A stretch of DNA of 64,000 bases from an uncultured Spirochaetota bacterium (GTDB taxonomy: Bacteria > Spirochaetota > Spirochaetia > SZUA-6 > Fen-1364). The stretch spans positions 448,001 through 512,000 of the forward strand of contig CAWJSK010000012.1 of NCBI GenBank assembly GCA_963845535.1. Direction: 5' to 3'. Each line of letters begins with the position of its first letter. Position 1 is the stretch's first letter. The notes below the pieces were generated by a model. It was not told the origin of the DNA. It searched no databases and saw nothing but the letters and a program-made list of their open reading frames with translations. This document shows, piece by piece, positions 9,613-20,124 of this stretch. Position numbers and translations under genes: made by a program.

Positions 9613-10812
9613 CTACTTTGCCGCTTCGAGCGCCATGGGGAGCATTGCGTAGAAAGCGCTGCACGTGACGAGGTCATCCACGCGCGTGTACTCGTTGGGC
9701 GCGTGGGCTTTGTCTTCATCCCCAGGGCCAAAGCCGATTGTCGGAATGCCGTGCTTGCCGCAGATGGCCACGCCGTTCGTGCTGAATGTCCACTTCCCCA
9801 CCTCGGGGTCTTTGTCGAAGAGGGCCTTGTGAGCTTTCCTGCCTGCCGTCACAAGGGGATGGTCCTCTGCGATTTTCCACGTGGGAAAGTACAGATCCTG
9901 GCGGTAGCTTGCCCCGTTCCAACCCTTCCCGTCGTAGGCGGGCATCCCGACTTTCTCCGCGTCCTTGCCCATGGACTTTCGCACCTGCTCGAGCGCGATC
10001 TCCGCGGTCTCACCCCACGTGAGCCTCCTGTCCATGTAGAGGCTGCCCTGGTCGGGGACGGCGCACTGGCTCGGGCCGTGGACCTCCACTTTGGAGACAA
10101 CGATGGTTCCCTTCCCGAGGAACTCGTCGAAGGCGAGCTTGTCGTTGAGCTTCTCGATGGAGAGGGCGGCGCGCGCGGCTTTATAGGCGGCGCTCTCCCC
10201 ACGCTCGGGGGCGCTTCCATGCGCGGAGATCCCGCGCACCGCTGCTTCGATTTCCATGCGGCCTCGGTGCCCGCGATAGAGACGGCACGTGGTGGGCTCC
10301 GTGGAAACGGCGAAATCAGGCTTGAAACCTTCCTTCTCGATGAGATACAGCCAGCACAATCCGTCGCAGTCCTCTTCGAGGACGGTGAACGTAAAGTACA
10401 CGGAGAACTCCCCGGCGTACCCCATTTCATGAAGGATTCGGCCGGCTGCTATCATTGACGCTGCTCCGCCCTTCTGGTCCGAGGCGCCCCGGCCCAGGAC
10501 GCGTCCGTCCTTGATGGTCCCGGAGAACGGATCTGTCTCCCAGCGAGCCCTGTCACCGACGCCCACGGTGTCGATGTGGGCGTCGATGGCAAGCTTGCGC
10601 GGGCCCTTACCCACGCGCCCGATGACGCTTCCCAGCCCGTCGATTCGGACCTCGTCGAAGCCGGCCTCCCGACAGAGGGATTCGATCTTCCGGCAGACGT
10701 TTTCCTCTTTTCCGCTGAAAGAAGGGATCTTCACGATTGAGGACAAAGTCTCCGCGGAGTAATCCCGGAGCTTCCTCGCCGCTGCGAGCACCTGCGCGTG
10801 TGTGTCTTTCAT
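9613..10812 (-). CDS. ygeY: YgeY family M20 hydrolase
   Basis: DAHIDTVG, GRGASDQKGG, EEDCDGLCW, RGHRGRMEI, WTFSTNGV and AHAPNE; start placed at ATG 10812. Confidence 0.92.
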   Translation of the reverse strand: MKDTHAQVLAAARKLRDYSAETLSSIVKIPSFSGKEENVCRKIESLCREAGFDEVRIDGLGSVIGRVGKGPRKLAIDAHIDTVGVGDRARWETDPFSGTIKDGRVLGRGASDQKGGAASMIAAGRILHEMGYAGEFSVYFTFTVLEEDCDGLCWLYLIEKEGFKPDFAVSTEPTTCRLYRGHRGRMEIEAAVRGISAHGSAPERGESAAYKAARAALSIEKLNDKLAFDEFLGKGTIVVSKVEVHGPSQCAVPDQGSLYMDRRLTWGETAEIALEQVRKSMGKDAEKVGMPAYDGKGWNGASYRQDLYFPTWKIAEDHPLVTAGRKAHKALFDKDPEVGKWTFSTNGVAICGKHGIPTIGFGPGDEDKAHAPNEYTRVDDLVTCSAFYAMLPMALEAAK

Positions 10813-10891
10813 GGCGAGGCAATTATGAAGGGAAGCCCCGTTCTCTGCAAGCGCAAGTGCGCAGGCGCGCGCAGGCGGCAGGAGCCGAACG

Positions 10892-11699
10892 TTATGACCC
10901 GAACGGATCATCCGAGGTGATCGATACTCCCTGGAGCGCAGCCAGGAGGTCCTTGTACGCGCTGGTCTTGCCCGTCAAGGCCTGGTAGTTGGCCGAAAAA
11001 GTCGCTCCGCCCGTCTGGACGATCCTCGAAGCCGCAAAACCCAGCGACAGCATCCAGTAAATGTAGACGATCCCGCACCCCGTGCTGACGCCGTCCGTAT
11101 CGGTCTGCTCGGTCATGCTGATCCAATCCGGACGGCCGGCCTGGTCCCACGCCGGGCCGGTAGCGAACCCGTCGAGAGTGCCGGGAGGAGTCGCCTGCTC
11201 GGAGCAGAACCGGGACAACGCCTCCCCGTTGGAGAACCCGCAGCCCCATCCCTTGTTCTGGGGTCCCATGAACGACTCGGAAAGCTCGGCGACATACAGG
11301 CCGATCTCCAGGTCCAGGGCAGCAGGGGTTCCAAGGGCAAAAGTCGCGTCAAGGTACAGGTCCCCGCCCGCGGTGAAATCGCAGCCGTAATGATAGGCTC
11401 CCCCGGAGCCATCGTTTTTCCCGCTCAGGGGCGCAATGATAACGTTGACGGCCGCGCCCATGATCCCGAAAAGAGTCTGAAGGTTGTCGTATGGGCTGCT
11501 GACCGCGCCGAGCATCTGCCCGGCGAGGCTGGCGCCCTGGCCGCCAAGGGACGTGGCGTAGGAAACAGTGACTTTCCCGGCCGTGCCAACCTGGGTGACG
11601 GGGTAATCGAGCTTTGCAGGCCTTGGCTTTTGCGGTCTCGGCCGCTGTTCTCTCCCTGCGGAAGCCGTCACGGGGAAGAAGCTCTCTTCGTGGTTTCAT
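10892..11699 (-). CDS. Hypothetical protein (possible zincin-like fold); probable true start 11699 with a +1 insertion near 11618
   Basis: Well-formed ORF 10892..11671 (GAYHYGCDF, VAELSE, NGEALSRF, TGCGIVYIYW). An upstream frame MKPRRELLPRDGFRR...KAKA has an RBS and joins AKLDYPV if one base is removed. Confidence 0.65.
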
Positions 11700-11795
11700 T
11701 TTGTCCGCTCCGTCATGCGTCTCTCATGCTCAATGATACCACTCGAACGGCATTTCGGTGGCTCTATGATGAACGACAGGCAGCGGGTCACTCAG

Positions 11796-11824
11796 AAAAG
11801 CGAGGCGGCCTTTCGGCCGCCTCG
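11796..11824 (-). terminator. Rho-independent terminator after rhaS
   Basis: Minus strand CGAGGCGGCC-GAAA-GGCCGCCTCG followed by CTTTT, just downstream of the stop at 11832. Confidence 0.8.
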
Positions 11825-11831
11825 GAGCACT

Positions 11832-12860
11832 CTAGTATACCGTCTTCCACTCTTCGATGTTGGTCTTGTCGAACTTGAACGGGGGCCCAAGAAGGACCTC
11901 AGTCCCGCCATCAGGCGCCTGCGTGATGGTGTAGTTGCCAAGACGTCCAGCGGTGAACTTCTCACCGACTTTGCCGGTGATCTTGCCGCTCACGAGCGCG
12001 GTGGCGACCCACGAGCCCAGGTACCCGACGTCGATCGGGTTCCAGAGGAACATGTACGGGCACACGCCGTTCTCGATGTAGGTGGCCATCTCAGACGGAA
12101 GTCCCAGGCCGGTGAGGAACACCTTGCCGGCGAGGTGCTTGTCCGTGAGGACCTTGCCCGCCGCGGCGATTCCTACCGTGGTGGGGGCAATGATGGCCTT
12201 CAGGTTGGGGTAGGACTTCAGAAGACCTTCGGCCTCGGAAACCGACTTGTCGCGGATGTCGTCACCGTAGGCGATCTTCACGAGCTTGACGTTGACGTAC
12301 TTCGGGTCCGCAAGCTCTTTCTTCATGTAGTCGATCCAGAGGTTCTGGTTCGTCGCCTGACTGGTGGCGGAGAGGATGGCAATCTCCCCTTTCCCGCCGA
12401 TCATGTCGGAGGCGGCCTGGACGAGCGTCCGGCCGATCTTCTCCGAGTCAGCCTGGTTCACGTGAACCAGACGGCTCTGCGGGTTGACCGCGGAGTCCAG
12501 GGAGAACACCTTGATCCCCTGGCTCATGGCCTTCTGGAGGACAGGCTGCAGCGCGTCCTTGTCGTTGCCAACGATGCAGATCGCAGCGACTCTCTGGGAG
12601 ATCAGCTGCTCGATGATCTGGATCTGCGCCTCAGCGGTCGGCTGGTCCGGCGCGCGAAGGATGGCCTGGAAGCCCTGCTCCTCGATCCCTGTCTTGAACC
12701 CGCCCATCTGCTTGTCACCATACGGGTTGCCCGTGTTCTTGAACACGATGGCATAGTTCTTCGACACGGGCTTTGCGCACCCGACGGCGAAGAACATCAG
12801 TGACAATGCGACAGCCGCGAAACCGGTGATCACGGCCCCTTTGAGAACGCCTCTCTTCAT
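11832..12860 (-). CDS. rhaS: Sugar ABC transporter substrate-binding lipoprotein, RhaS-like
   Basis: Lipobox AVGC; KNTGNPY, LSATSQATNQNLWI, IAPTTVGIAAA, TGLGLPSEM and LWNPIDVGY; GAGGAGG RBS. Confidence 0.88.
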   Translation of the reverse strand: MKRGVLKGAVITGFAAVALSLMFFAVGCAKPVSKNYAIVFKNTGNPYGDKQMGGFKTGIEEQGFQAILRAPDQPTAEAQIQIIEQLISQRVAAICIVGNDKDALQPVLQKAMSQGIKVFSLDSAVNPQSRLVHVNQADSEKIGRTLVQAASDMIGGKGEIAILSATSQATNQNLWIDYMKKELADPKYVNVKLVKIAYGDDIRDKSVSEAEGLLKSYPNLKAIIAPTTVGIAAAGKVLTDKHLAGKVFLTGLGLPSEMATYIENGVCPYMFLWNPIDVGYLGSWVATALVSGKITGKVGEKFTAGRLGNYTITQAPDGGTEVLLGPPFKFDKTNIEEWKTVY

Positions 12861-12872
12861 AAATACCTCCTC

Positions 12873-13914
12873 TTAGGAAATAGGTTCGTCCGGTTGAGCC
12901 TTCGCGGACACAGATTTGGCCGCTGGGGGAACCGAACTCTTGTGCGAACCACGAGATCCTGAGATTAAGGACTAGAACGGAAAGGATCAACAACAACCCG
13001 ACGATTATCAAGAGCACTTGCGCCTGGATGTTCACGAGCCCAAGGCCGTAATTCAGGAACCCGATGATGAAGATGGCAAGCAGCGGTCCCGCGATCCTCC
13101 CCTTGCCGCCGGAGGTGCTCACGCCGCCCAGGACGACCATGGCGATCACCGACAGCTCATAGCCCTGCGCCACGTTCGGCCGCGTGCTGCCCATGCGCGA
13201 GGTGAGGAAAAGCGCCGTGAACCCCGCCATGAGGCCGGTGAGCACGCTCACGATCATGATGATGGAGTCCGTCTTGACCCCCGAGTAGCGCGACGCGGTG
13301 AGGTTGCTCCCCATGGCGTAGATCCTCCGCCCGAAGCTCGTCTTGTGCAGAAGGAGCCCGAAAACGACTGCGCAGACTGCGAACGCAATGAGGATGATGG
13401 GCACCCCGCCCACCGAGCTCCAGCCAAGGGCCGAATACCACTTCGGGAAGTTCCCGGCGGCCTGATCCTGCAGGATCACATACGCAATGCCGCGGTAGAT
13501 GATCATGGTTGCCAGGGTCACGATGACCGACGAGAGCTCCTTGAACTTCGTCATGAGGAGGCCGTTGAAGAAGCCGCATGCGCTGGCCACGAGCAGGCAG
13601 AGGATGACGGCGGGCACCATGGGCAGGCCCGCATTGTAGGCCACGGCCATGACCACCGCGGAAAGGGCCACCGTGGAGCCCACCGAGATGTCTATGTTCC
13701 CCAGGATGATGACCATCGTCATGGGGAGCACCAGGAAGGCCATGTCGAGGAACGTCATTGGGGTCTGGAGGAACGTGTCAGCGGACAAATAGTAGGGGGA
13801 GAGAATACTGTTGACGATGTTGACGGCGATGAATATGAGGACGAGCAGCCACTCCCACTGGAGGAAGAACGTGCGCCAGCTCCACAGCCTCTCGACCCGA
13901 ATGGATCTTTCCAC
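12873..13914 (-). CDS. rhaQ: Sugar ABC transporter permease, RhaQ-like; +1 insertion near 12942
   Basis: IDISVGS, YELSVIAMVVLGGVS. The track ORF reads into rhaS, but the shifted frame ends KSSVPPAAKSVSAKAQPDEPIS* at 12873, right before the rhaS RBS. Confidence 0.85.
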
Positions 13915-13925
13915 CGATGTTGCTC

Positions 13926-14912
13926 CTAGATCGCGCGTCTTCGCAACGCGAAGCGCTGGTTGTTTCTCTTGACCACGACGTTCGTAAGAACCGCTGCCAG
14001 GATCACGATCCCCTGGATGGCCTGCTGCCAGAAAGGAGAAACGTCGATGAGCGGCAGGGCGTTGTTCAGGATGCCCAGAAGTATGGTCCCCAGGATCAGA
14101 CCGGAGACTTTGCCGCTTCCCCCCGCAATGCTCACGCCGCCGAGCACGGTGGCCGCGATGACGGACAGCTCGAAACCGGTTGCCGTGTCACTCTGCGCGG
14201 AGGCGAACTTTGCCACCCAGATCACGCCTCCCAGCCCCGAGAGGGCGCCCATGAGCGCGTAAACGAGCAAGATGATCCGCCGGCGGGGAATGCCCGAGAT
14301 ATCAGCCGCTTCCGGGTTGGATCCCACCGCGTAGATCTGCCGCCCCGTGCGCATATGGTTGATGAAATAGAAGAAAAGCACGTTGATCACAACGGCAATG
14401 ATGATGGGATTGCTCACTCCGAGCAGTTGGCCGGTTGCGATCTGCTTGAAATCGTGCGACATCTGGTAGGAGCTCACCCATGCCCCCCCGCTGATGACGT
14501 AGGTCAAGCCACGGATGACGTTCATGGTGCCAAGGGTGGCAATGATGGGCAGCACATTGTAGCGCGCCACGAGGAGCCCGTTAAGGACGCCCGCCGCGGT
14601 GCCCACCGCCATTGCCTCCAGGACGGACACAACAGGGGAAACCCCCCGGAAGTACTGCACGGTCAGGGCGCTCACCATGCCGGCAATGGCCAGCGTGGAA
14701 CCGACGGAGAGATCAATGCCGCGCGTGAGGATCACCATCATCATGCCGACGGACATGATGCTGAGGATGGCCGTGTTGGTAAGGAGGTCCTGGATGTTCT
14801 CCAGGGTGAGGAAGGCGTGGTTACGGATCTGGACGATGGCGCAGATCACGATGATGAAACCGAGCAGACCCAGCTCACGGAAGCTCTCCGTGAATGATCC
14901 GGACCGCCTCAT
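13926..14912 (-). CDS. rhaP: Sugar ABC transporter permease, RhaP-like
   Basis: ILTRGIDLSVGS, GRQIYAVGSNPEAA and FELSVIAATVLGGVSIAGG. Confidence 0.9.
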   Translation of the reverse strand: MRRSGSFTESFRELGLLGFIIVICAIVQIRNHAFLTLENIQDLLTNTAILSIMSVGMMMVILTRGIDLSVGSTLAIAGMVSALTVQYFRGVSPVVSVLEAMAVGTAAGVLNGLLVARYNVLPIIATLGTMNVIRGLTYVISGGAWVSSYQMSHDFKQIATGQLLGVSNPIIIAVVINVLFFYFINHMRTGRQIYAVGSNPEAADISGIPRRRIILLVYALMGALSGLGGVIWVAKFASAQSDTATGFELSVIAATVLGGVSIAGGSGKVSGLILGTILLGILNNALPLIDVSPFWQQAIQGIVILAAVLTNVVVKRNNQRFALRRRAI

Positions 14913-16411
14913 GCGTTCACCGTTTCCGGCATTGCGGCGCGAAGGATCTGCTCCTGGGACGCGGAGGCCGTGTCGAGGATGCCCGCGACCCTCCCCTCCC
15001 TCATGACGAGGATCCTGTCGCTCATGCCGAGCACTTCCGGCATCTCCGAAGAAACCATGATGATCCCGTACCCCATGTCCGCCAGGTCGTTCATGATGTT
15101 GAAAATGGCGGTCTTGGCCCCCACGTCGACTCCTTTGGTCGGTTCATCCAGGATGATGACCTTCATTGTGCCCGCAAGCAGCTTGGCGACGATGATCTTC
15201 TGCTGGTTCCCGCCCGACAAGGTGGCCGCAAGGTCGAACACGCTCCCTGCCCTCACCTCCAGCTTTTCCGCAAGCTCCTTGGTGATGGCATTCTCCTTGC
15301 GAGGATGGAGCCACCCGAAGGTACCGAACTGCTTGAGGGTGGGAAGCGTGACGTTCTTGGAAAGCTCCCATTCCAGCACGAGCCCCTGGCGCAGACGGTC
15401 CTCCGGAAGGTAGCCAATTCCTTTTTCGATTGCCTGGGCGGGGTTGGAGATATGCAGTTCCTTGCCCTCCAGGAAAACGCGTCCCTTGTCGGCGTGGGTC
15501 ACTCCGTAGATGGCTTCGCACACCTCGGTGCGCCCGGCGCCAATCAGGCCCGTCATGGCGAGGATTTCTCCCTTTTTCACGGAGAAGGATACGTCCTTGA
15601 AGAAGCCGGTGCGGGAGAGCCCTTCCACCCGGAAGACCTCTTCCCCGATCTTTACCTTGCGTTTCGGGAAAAACTGGGTGATCTCACGGCCAACCATGGC
15701 CATGATGAGGTCTTCCCGCCTTACCTCGTTGAGGTTCCATGTCCCCACGTAGCGCGCATCTCGGAAGACGGTCACCCGCGTTGCCAGCCGGTACATGTCC
15801 TCCATGCGGTGCGAAATGAAGATGATGGAGACGCCCTTGTCGCGAAGGCTCTCCGTTGTGCGGTAGAGGTCTTCACTCTCCCGCGCCGTGAGGGGGGCCG
15901 TGGGCTCATCCATGATCATGATGCGCGCGTTGGCGGAGAGCGCCTTGGCTATCTCCACGATCTGCTGCTGCGCCACCGAGAGGTTCCCCATGAGCGCCCG
16001 AGGGTCGAAATCCGCATCAAGCTGCGCGAGCAGCTCTCCGGCCCTGTCATGGAGGTCTCTCCAGTCGATCTTGCGCGAAACGGGGTTGACCTTCTCATGC
16101 CCGATGAAGATGTTCTCCGTGACGGACAGGTCCGGGTAGCAGGTGACGTGCTGGTAGATGGCGGCAATCCCGAGCCTCTGGGAATCCGCCGTGCTGTGAA
16201 TCTCAACCGGTGCTCCATCCAGCAGGATCTGCCCCGAGTCCGGCTGGTACACACCCGTGATCACCTTGATGAGGGTGGATTTGCCGGCTCCGTTCTCCCC
16301 GATCAAGGCGTGGATCTCCCCCTGCTTCAGGTCGAAACGCACGTCGTTGAGTGCTTTCACCCCGGGGAACGTCTTTGTGATATGTGCAAGCTCAAGGATG
16401 CGATCAGCCAA
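14909..16411 (-). CDS. rhaT: Sugar ABC transporter ATP-binding protein with tandem ABC domains, RhaT-like
   Basis: GENGAGKST, IMDEPT, LSGGNQQK and LDEPTKGVDVGAK. Confidence 0.92.
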   Translation of the reverse strand: MADRILELAHITKTFPGVKALNDVRFDLKQGEIHALIGENGAGKSTLIKVITGVYQPDSGQILLDGAPVEIHSTADSQRLGIAAIYQHVTCYPDLSVTENIFIGHEKVNPVSRKIDWRDLHDRAGELLAQLDADFDPRALMGNLSVAQQQIVEIAKALSANARIMIMDEPTAPLTARESEDLYRTTESLRDKGVSIIFISHRMEDMYRLATRVTVFRDARYVGTWNLNEVRREDLIMAMVGREITQFFPKRKVKIGEEVFRVEGLSRTGFFKDVSFSVKKGEILAMTGLIGAGRTEVCEAIYGVTHADKGRVFLEGKELHISNPAQAIEKGIGYLPEDRLRQGLVLEWELSKNVTLPTLKQFGTFGWLHPRKENAITKELAEKLEVRAGSVFDLAATLSGGNQQKIIVAKLLAGTMKVIILDEPTKGVDVGAKTAIFNIMNDLADMGYGIIMVSSEMPEVLGMSDRILVMREGRVAGILDTASASQEQILRAAMPETVNA

Positions 16412-16426
16412 TTTGTCGGACTCCTG

Positions 16427-17869
16427 TCAACAGACCCTCAGACACTCGATTTTGAGGAGATGCGCGAGCTTGTCAACCCTGTCAGCAAGGTGACCCACGC
16501 CGATGGCACAGTGATGGGCAGGCCCCGCCTTCGACCACGCGTCCGTGAATTGGCGCGCCGAAAGAGGGAAGCGGTACCTGCTGTTGGTATTTCCGATCTG
16601 GAGGGTCGGGCCGGGGACCGACTCACCCTCCGCTGTGAGGAGGAACGTGGTGCCGCCCTTTCCCTGCACCACCGAAAGCAGAGTGACGGGCCCGTGGCGC
16701 ACGCTCATCTGGATGGAAAGGCCTTTGCCCGGCTTTCCGTGGTAGACGGGGAGCGGAACGAGCCCCACGGGACCCTCCGCGATTGCCGGGTGCGCCGGGC
16801 CGTCATGGCCCCACAGCACCACGTCATCCGTGAAGTCGATGGCGTAGAGCTCCGAAAATGATCCCCCCGCGCCGAAGCTGTCCATGATCTTCATGGCGAG
16901 GGCGTTCTTCACCTCGCACTCACCCGCCACGGGCACGTGATGGGAGGTGAGGAGCGTAGTGCCGGCGATGACCGAGGTGACGACGTCTTCATGCTCGCTG
17001 CCGGGCGTGCCTTCGTAGTAATAGGCCAGGGCGCCGAGCCGCAGGTCGGAAACCAGGGAATCGAGCGCGCACGAGGTGCGGGCGGCGCGCTCCAGCTCCT
17101 CTTTCCCGCACTCCGGAGAAACGCGGAACTCTTTCTGGAGCTGGGAGAGTTTCTGGCGGACGGCATCCGTCTCCACCTCGTCTCGGCGTTGCTTGAGCTG
17201 GTCCATTTCAATGAGCTCGAAGTGGCAGCCGAACACGGATGCAAGGCGCGTCACGTCCGTGTAGACGTCGAGCATTCCATTGTAGTAGCGGCCGAGGATG
17301 CCCACGCGCGCGTCACGAAGCTCCCTTCGGACGCTGATGGCGTCCACCCACGCGCTGATCTGTTCCCAGGCGTAGCTGTCCTCCAGCCACCCGGTCACGA
17401 GGTTGTAATCCACCCCGCAGGTGTTGAAGACATTGGCGATCTCAGGGGCGCAACAGGCCTGGCAGTGCGCGAGCCATTCCCCGGTCATGACGCCGCGGTC
17501 ACCAAGGGAATTGAACTTCTCATAGTCGATGGCGGGCACGGGTTGGAGATTCAGCACGATGATGGGAACCCCGGCCCGCTGCGCCACGGGCAGCACGGTG
17601 TGGGAAAGGGCGTAGGTGGAAATGTAGAGGAAGATGGCATCCACGGATTTCTCGCCGAAGAGCCGCGCAGCCTCCCGCGCCTTGTCCGGTGAATCCACCA
17701 GTCCCGCGTCCTCCACGTGGGCCCCGAATGTGGAAAGGCGGGCCGCAATGGAGCGTTGATATCCCTGCAACCGCTCCTTCAGTCCTTTGAACTGAGGCCA
17801 ATACGTGTCCAGGCCAATGCCGAAAAGCCCCAGCCTGCAGGTCGCGCCCGCCCCCATCTGTCGGTGCAT
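16427..17869 (-). CDS. L-arabinose/L-fucose isomerase family protein
   Basis: YISTYALS, LNLQP, AGECEVKN, GGSFSE, GHDGPAH, IGNTNSRY and GPAHHCAIGVGH. Confidence 0.82.
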   Translation of the reverse strand: MHRQMGAGATCRLGLFGIGLDTYWPQFKGLKERLQGYQRSIAARLSTFGAHVEDAGLVDSPDKAREAARLFGEKSVDAIFLYISTYALSHTVLPVAQRAGVPIIVLNLQPVPAIDYEKFNSLGDRGVMTGEWLAHCQACCAPEIANVFNTCGVDYNLVTGWLEDSYAWEQISAWVDAISVRRELRDARVGILGRYYNGMLDVYTDVTRLASVFGCHFELIEMDQLKQRRDEVETDAVRQKLSQLQKEFRVSPECGKEELERAARTSCALDSLVSDLRLGALAYYYEGTPGSEHEDVVTSVIAGTTLLTSHHVPVAGECEVKNALAMKIMDSFGAGGSFSELYAIDFTDDVVLWGHDGPAHPAIAEGPVGLVPLPVYHGKPGKGLSIQMSVRHGPVTLLSVVQGKGGTTFLLTAEGESVPGPTLQIGNTNSRYRFPLSARQFTDAWSKAGPAHHCAIGVGHLADRVDKLAHLLKIECLRVC

Positions 17870-17991
17870 TGCTTCTCAGTATCCAACAGCTATCCGGTCG
17901 CAGGAATGGACTATTCTTTCAAGCGGATGGAACAAATCGGCCGGGATGGACAAAACTTGTCCGGGAGGGAGAAAAGAGGTATAAGGACGGG

Positions 17992-18886
17992 ATGGCTTCC
18001 GAAGACAACGCACGCAGCTTTTTTCGGTATTTGACATACAGTGAGGAAGACGAGAAGTGGCAGCTCGTGTGCACGAACGCTGGCTACACCGAGGTGGCGC
18101 CCCGCACGAGGTATCCCCCGAACAAGGAAAGCCATCCGCAGGCGTTCAAGAGCGTCGCCGTGGGACGCACGCTTCCCGAGTACCAGCTCGTCTACGTCAC
18201 GAAAGGACGCGGCGTCTTCGAGGTCAGCCAGAAGACGCACGTCGTCGTCCCCGGCTCGGCAATGGTGATTTTCCCGGGAGTTCGCCATTATTACAAGCCT
18301 GATTTCGACGTCGGATGGACCGAGTATTGGGTCGGATTCAAGGGTCCCTACGCTGACGCGCTTCGCGAGCAAGGCTTCCTCTCGCTCCGCAAGCCGTTAT
18401 ACGAGGTCGGGCTGCAGAACAGCCTCCTGACGATCTATGCGAGAATTTTCGAGCTCGTGCGCAACCAGCAGCCTCTCTTCCAGATCAGGGCAAGCTCTCT
18501 CGTGCTCGCCTTGATTGCCGAAGTCCTGGCCCACGAGAGGAAGACCGTCCAGCACTCGAGCTCGGAAGGGCTCGTGGAGAAAGCAAAGTTCTTCATGGAG
18601 GAGAACATCTACCGCGAGGTCAACCTCAACGGGATTGGGGAGGCGCTCGGAGTGAGCGCGCCCCACCTGAACTCCGTGTTCAAGTCCTACACTGCCATGA
18701 CCCCCTACCAATACTTCATCAGCATCAAGATCAGGAAGGCCAAGGAGCTCCTGGAGGGCGGGAGCCTGTCCGATCAAGGAGGTGGCTTTTCGCCTGGGGT
18801 TCGACGACCAGTATTATTTTTCCCGCCTTTTTCGCAAGAAGACCGGCATTGCGCCGTCACGCTGGAGCTCTTTCGTTCGCCAGTAG
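17992..18886 (+). CDS. AraC-family transcriptional regulator; +1 insertion near 18772
   Basis: Cupin part GRTLPEYQLVYVTKGRG. The second HTH (IKEVAFRLGFDDQYYFSRLFRKKTG) is in the shifted frame, ending at TAG 18886. Divergent from the sugar operon. Confidence 0.88.
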
Positions 18887-18904
18887 CGGCAGCAGCGGTC
18901 CCGC

Positions 18905-20074
18905 CTAGCGATAAAAGCCATACTCGTAGGCGGCCTCGAACAGCGCAATGATGTTCTGCGGCGGCACGCCGCTTTGAATGTTGTGCACGTTGTTGAAGAC
19001 GTACCCGCCCCCCGCCTTGAAGGTCTCCACGTTGCGCCGCACCTCATCCCGTACTTCCCGCGGTGAGGCAAAAGGCAGGATCCGCTGTGTATCAATGCCG
19101 CCGCCCCAGAAGCTTATCTGCGCGCCGAACTTCTGCTTCAGACTCTGGGGGTCCATGTCCTTGGCGCTGATCTGGACGGGATTGAGGACGTCTGCGCCGT
19201 TGTCGATCAGGTCGGGGATGTACTCCACGCATGAGCCGCAGGTGTGATACCAGACCTTGGCCTTGGTTTTTGACTTGATGTGCTGAACGAGCGCCTTCTG
19301 TCGGGGTTTTACAATACGCCGATAGAAATCCGGCGAGAAAAGCGGGCCGCTCTGGCCGGCGAGGTCGTCTCCAACCATCACCACGTCCACAAGATCTCCG
19401 ATCTCACCAAGGAAGCCGTCATAGAAGCCGAGCCAGAACGCCAGGATGCGGTCCAGGAGCGCTTCACAGAAGCCGGGGTTTTCGATCATATCCATGAACC
19501 ACCGCTCCAGTCCCCGCATGTACCAGCACGTCTCATAGACGACTCCGCCGATTGCCGTGCAGAGGGCCGCGTTCGACGCAGAGCGCATCCGCAGCGCCTC
19601 CTTGCGAAGGCCGGTGAACCGAGTGGGATCATTCCCCCGGGGGAACGGGTAGCTCGTCAGGTCTTTCACGGTTGCATCCGCCAAAGGGTGATGCGATATG
19701 TCCATGAAGAGCATCTGATCTTCCGGCATGGACCAGACCACCCCGAACTCGTCTCTGAGGTCGTGCCAGCCTCTGCCGCCTCTGACGGTCTTGACGATGC
19801 CGCCGGCAAAGCCGTCAGGCCCATGAGCGCCGATGTACCGCGTATCAACGTGGAAACGCTGCAGGATCTCTTCTGAAGGCCTGGCAAGCTGCTGGACGGG
19901 ATCAAGGATGCATATCTCTTCCGTCGTACCGAGGTACTGGAGGAGCGCCTCATAGGCTTTCCTGTGTATACCGGTCTGGAAGCCGCCCAGGTCAATGGGC
20001 ACGCGGTCCGGCGCCTCATGGTTCAGTGCCTTCTGGATGCGCTCGCGGGAGGTCAAAGTCTCGGTTGCAGACAT
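18905..20074 (-). CDS. Uroporphyrinogen decarboxylase / MtaA-CmuA methyltransferase family protein
   Basis: PDRVPIDLGG, DEFGVVW, GDDLAGQ, WYHTCG, FWGGGIDTQ and HNIQ. Confidence 0.88.
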   Translation of the reverse strand: MSATETLTSRERIQKALNHEAPDRVPIDLGGFQTGIHRKAYEALLQYLGTTEEICILDPVQQLARPSEEILQRFHVDTRYIGAHGPDGFAGGIVKTVRGGRGWHDLRDEFGVVWSMPEDQMLFMDISHHPLADATVKDLTSYPFPRGNDPTRFTGLRKEALRMRSASNAALCTAIGGVVYETCWYMRGLERWFMDMIENPGFCEALLDRILAFWLGFYDGFLGEIGDLVDVVMVGDDLAGQSGPLFSPDFYRRIVKPRQKALVQHIKSKTKAKVWYHTCGSCVEYIPDLIDNGADVLNPVQISAKDMDPQSLKQKFGAQISFWGGGIDTQRILPFASPREVRDEVRRNVETFKAGGGYVFNNVHNIQSGVPPQNIIALFEAAYEYGFYR

Positions 20075-20079
20075 TCCCC

Positions 20080-20118
20080 ATTATAGCACGGGAGCTTCAT
20101 GGTGTTTGAAGGTATACT
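20080..20118. promoter_or_regulatory. Back-to-back -10 elements for probably leaderless uroD-like (-) and MBL (+) transcripts
   Basis: Minus strand TGC-TATAAT (20080-20088) lies 5 nt before ATG 20074; plus strand TATACT (20113-20118) lies 6 nt before ATG 20125. Confidence 0.55.
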
Positions 20119-20124
20119 TTCCCC

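Noticed and set aside
12715..12872. 146-nt overlap of rhaQ with rhaS in the ORF track
   Set aside because: Artefact of the +1 insertion near 12942; the corrected frame stops at 12873, just before the rhaS RBS.
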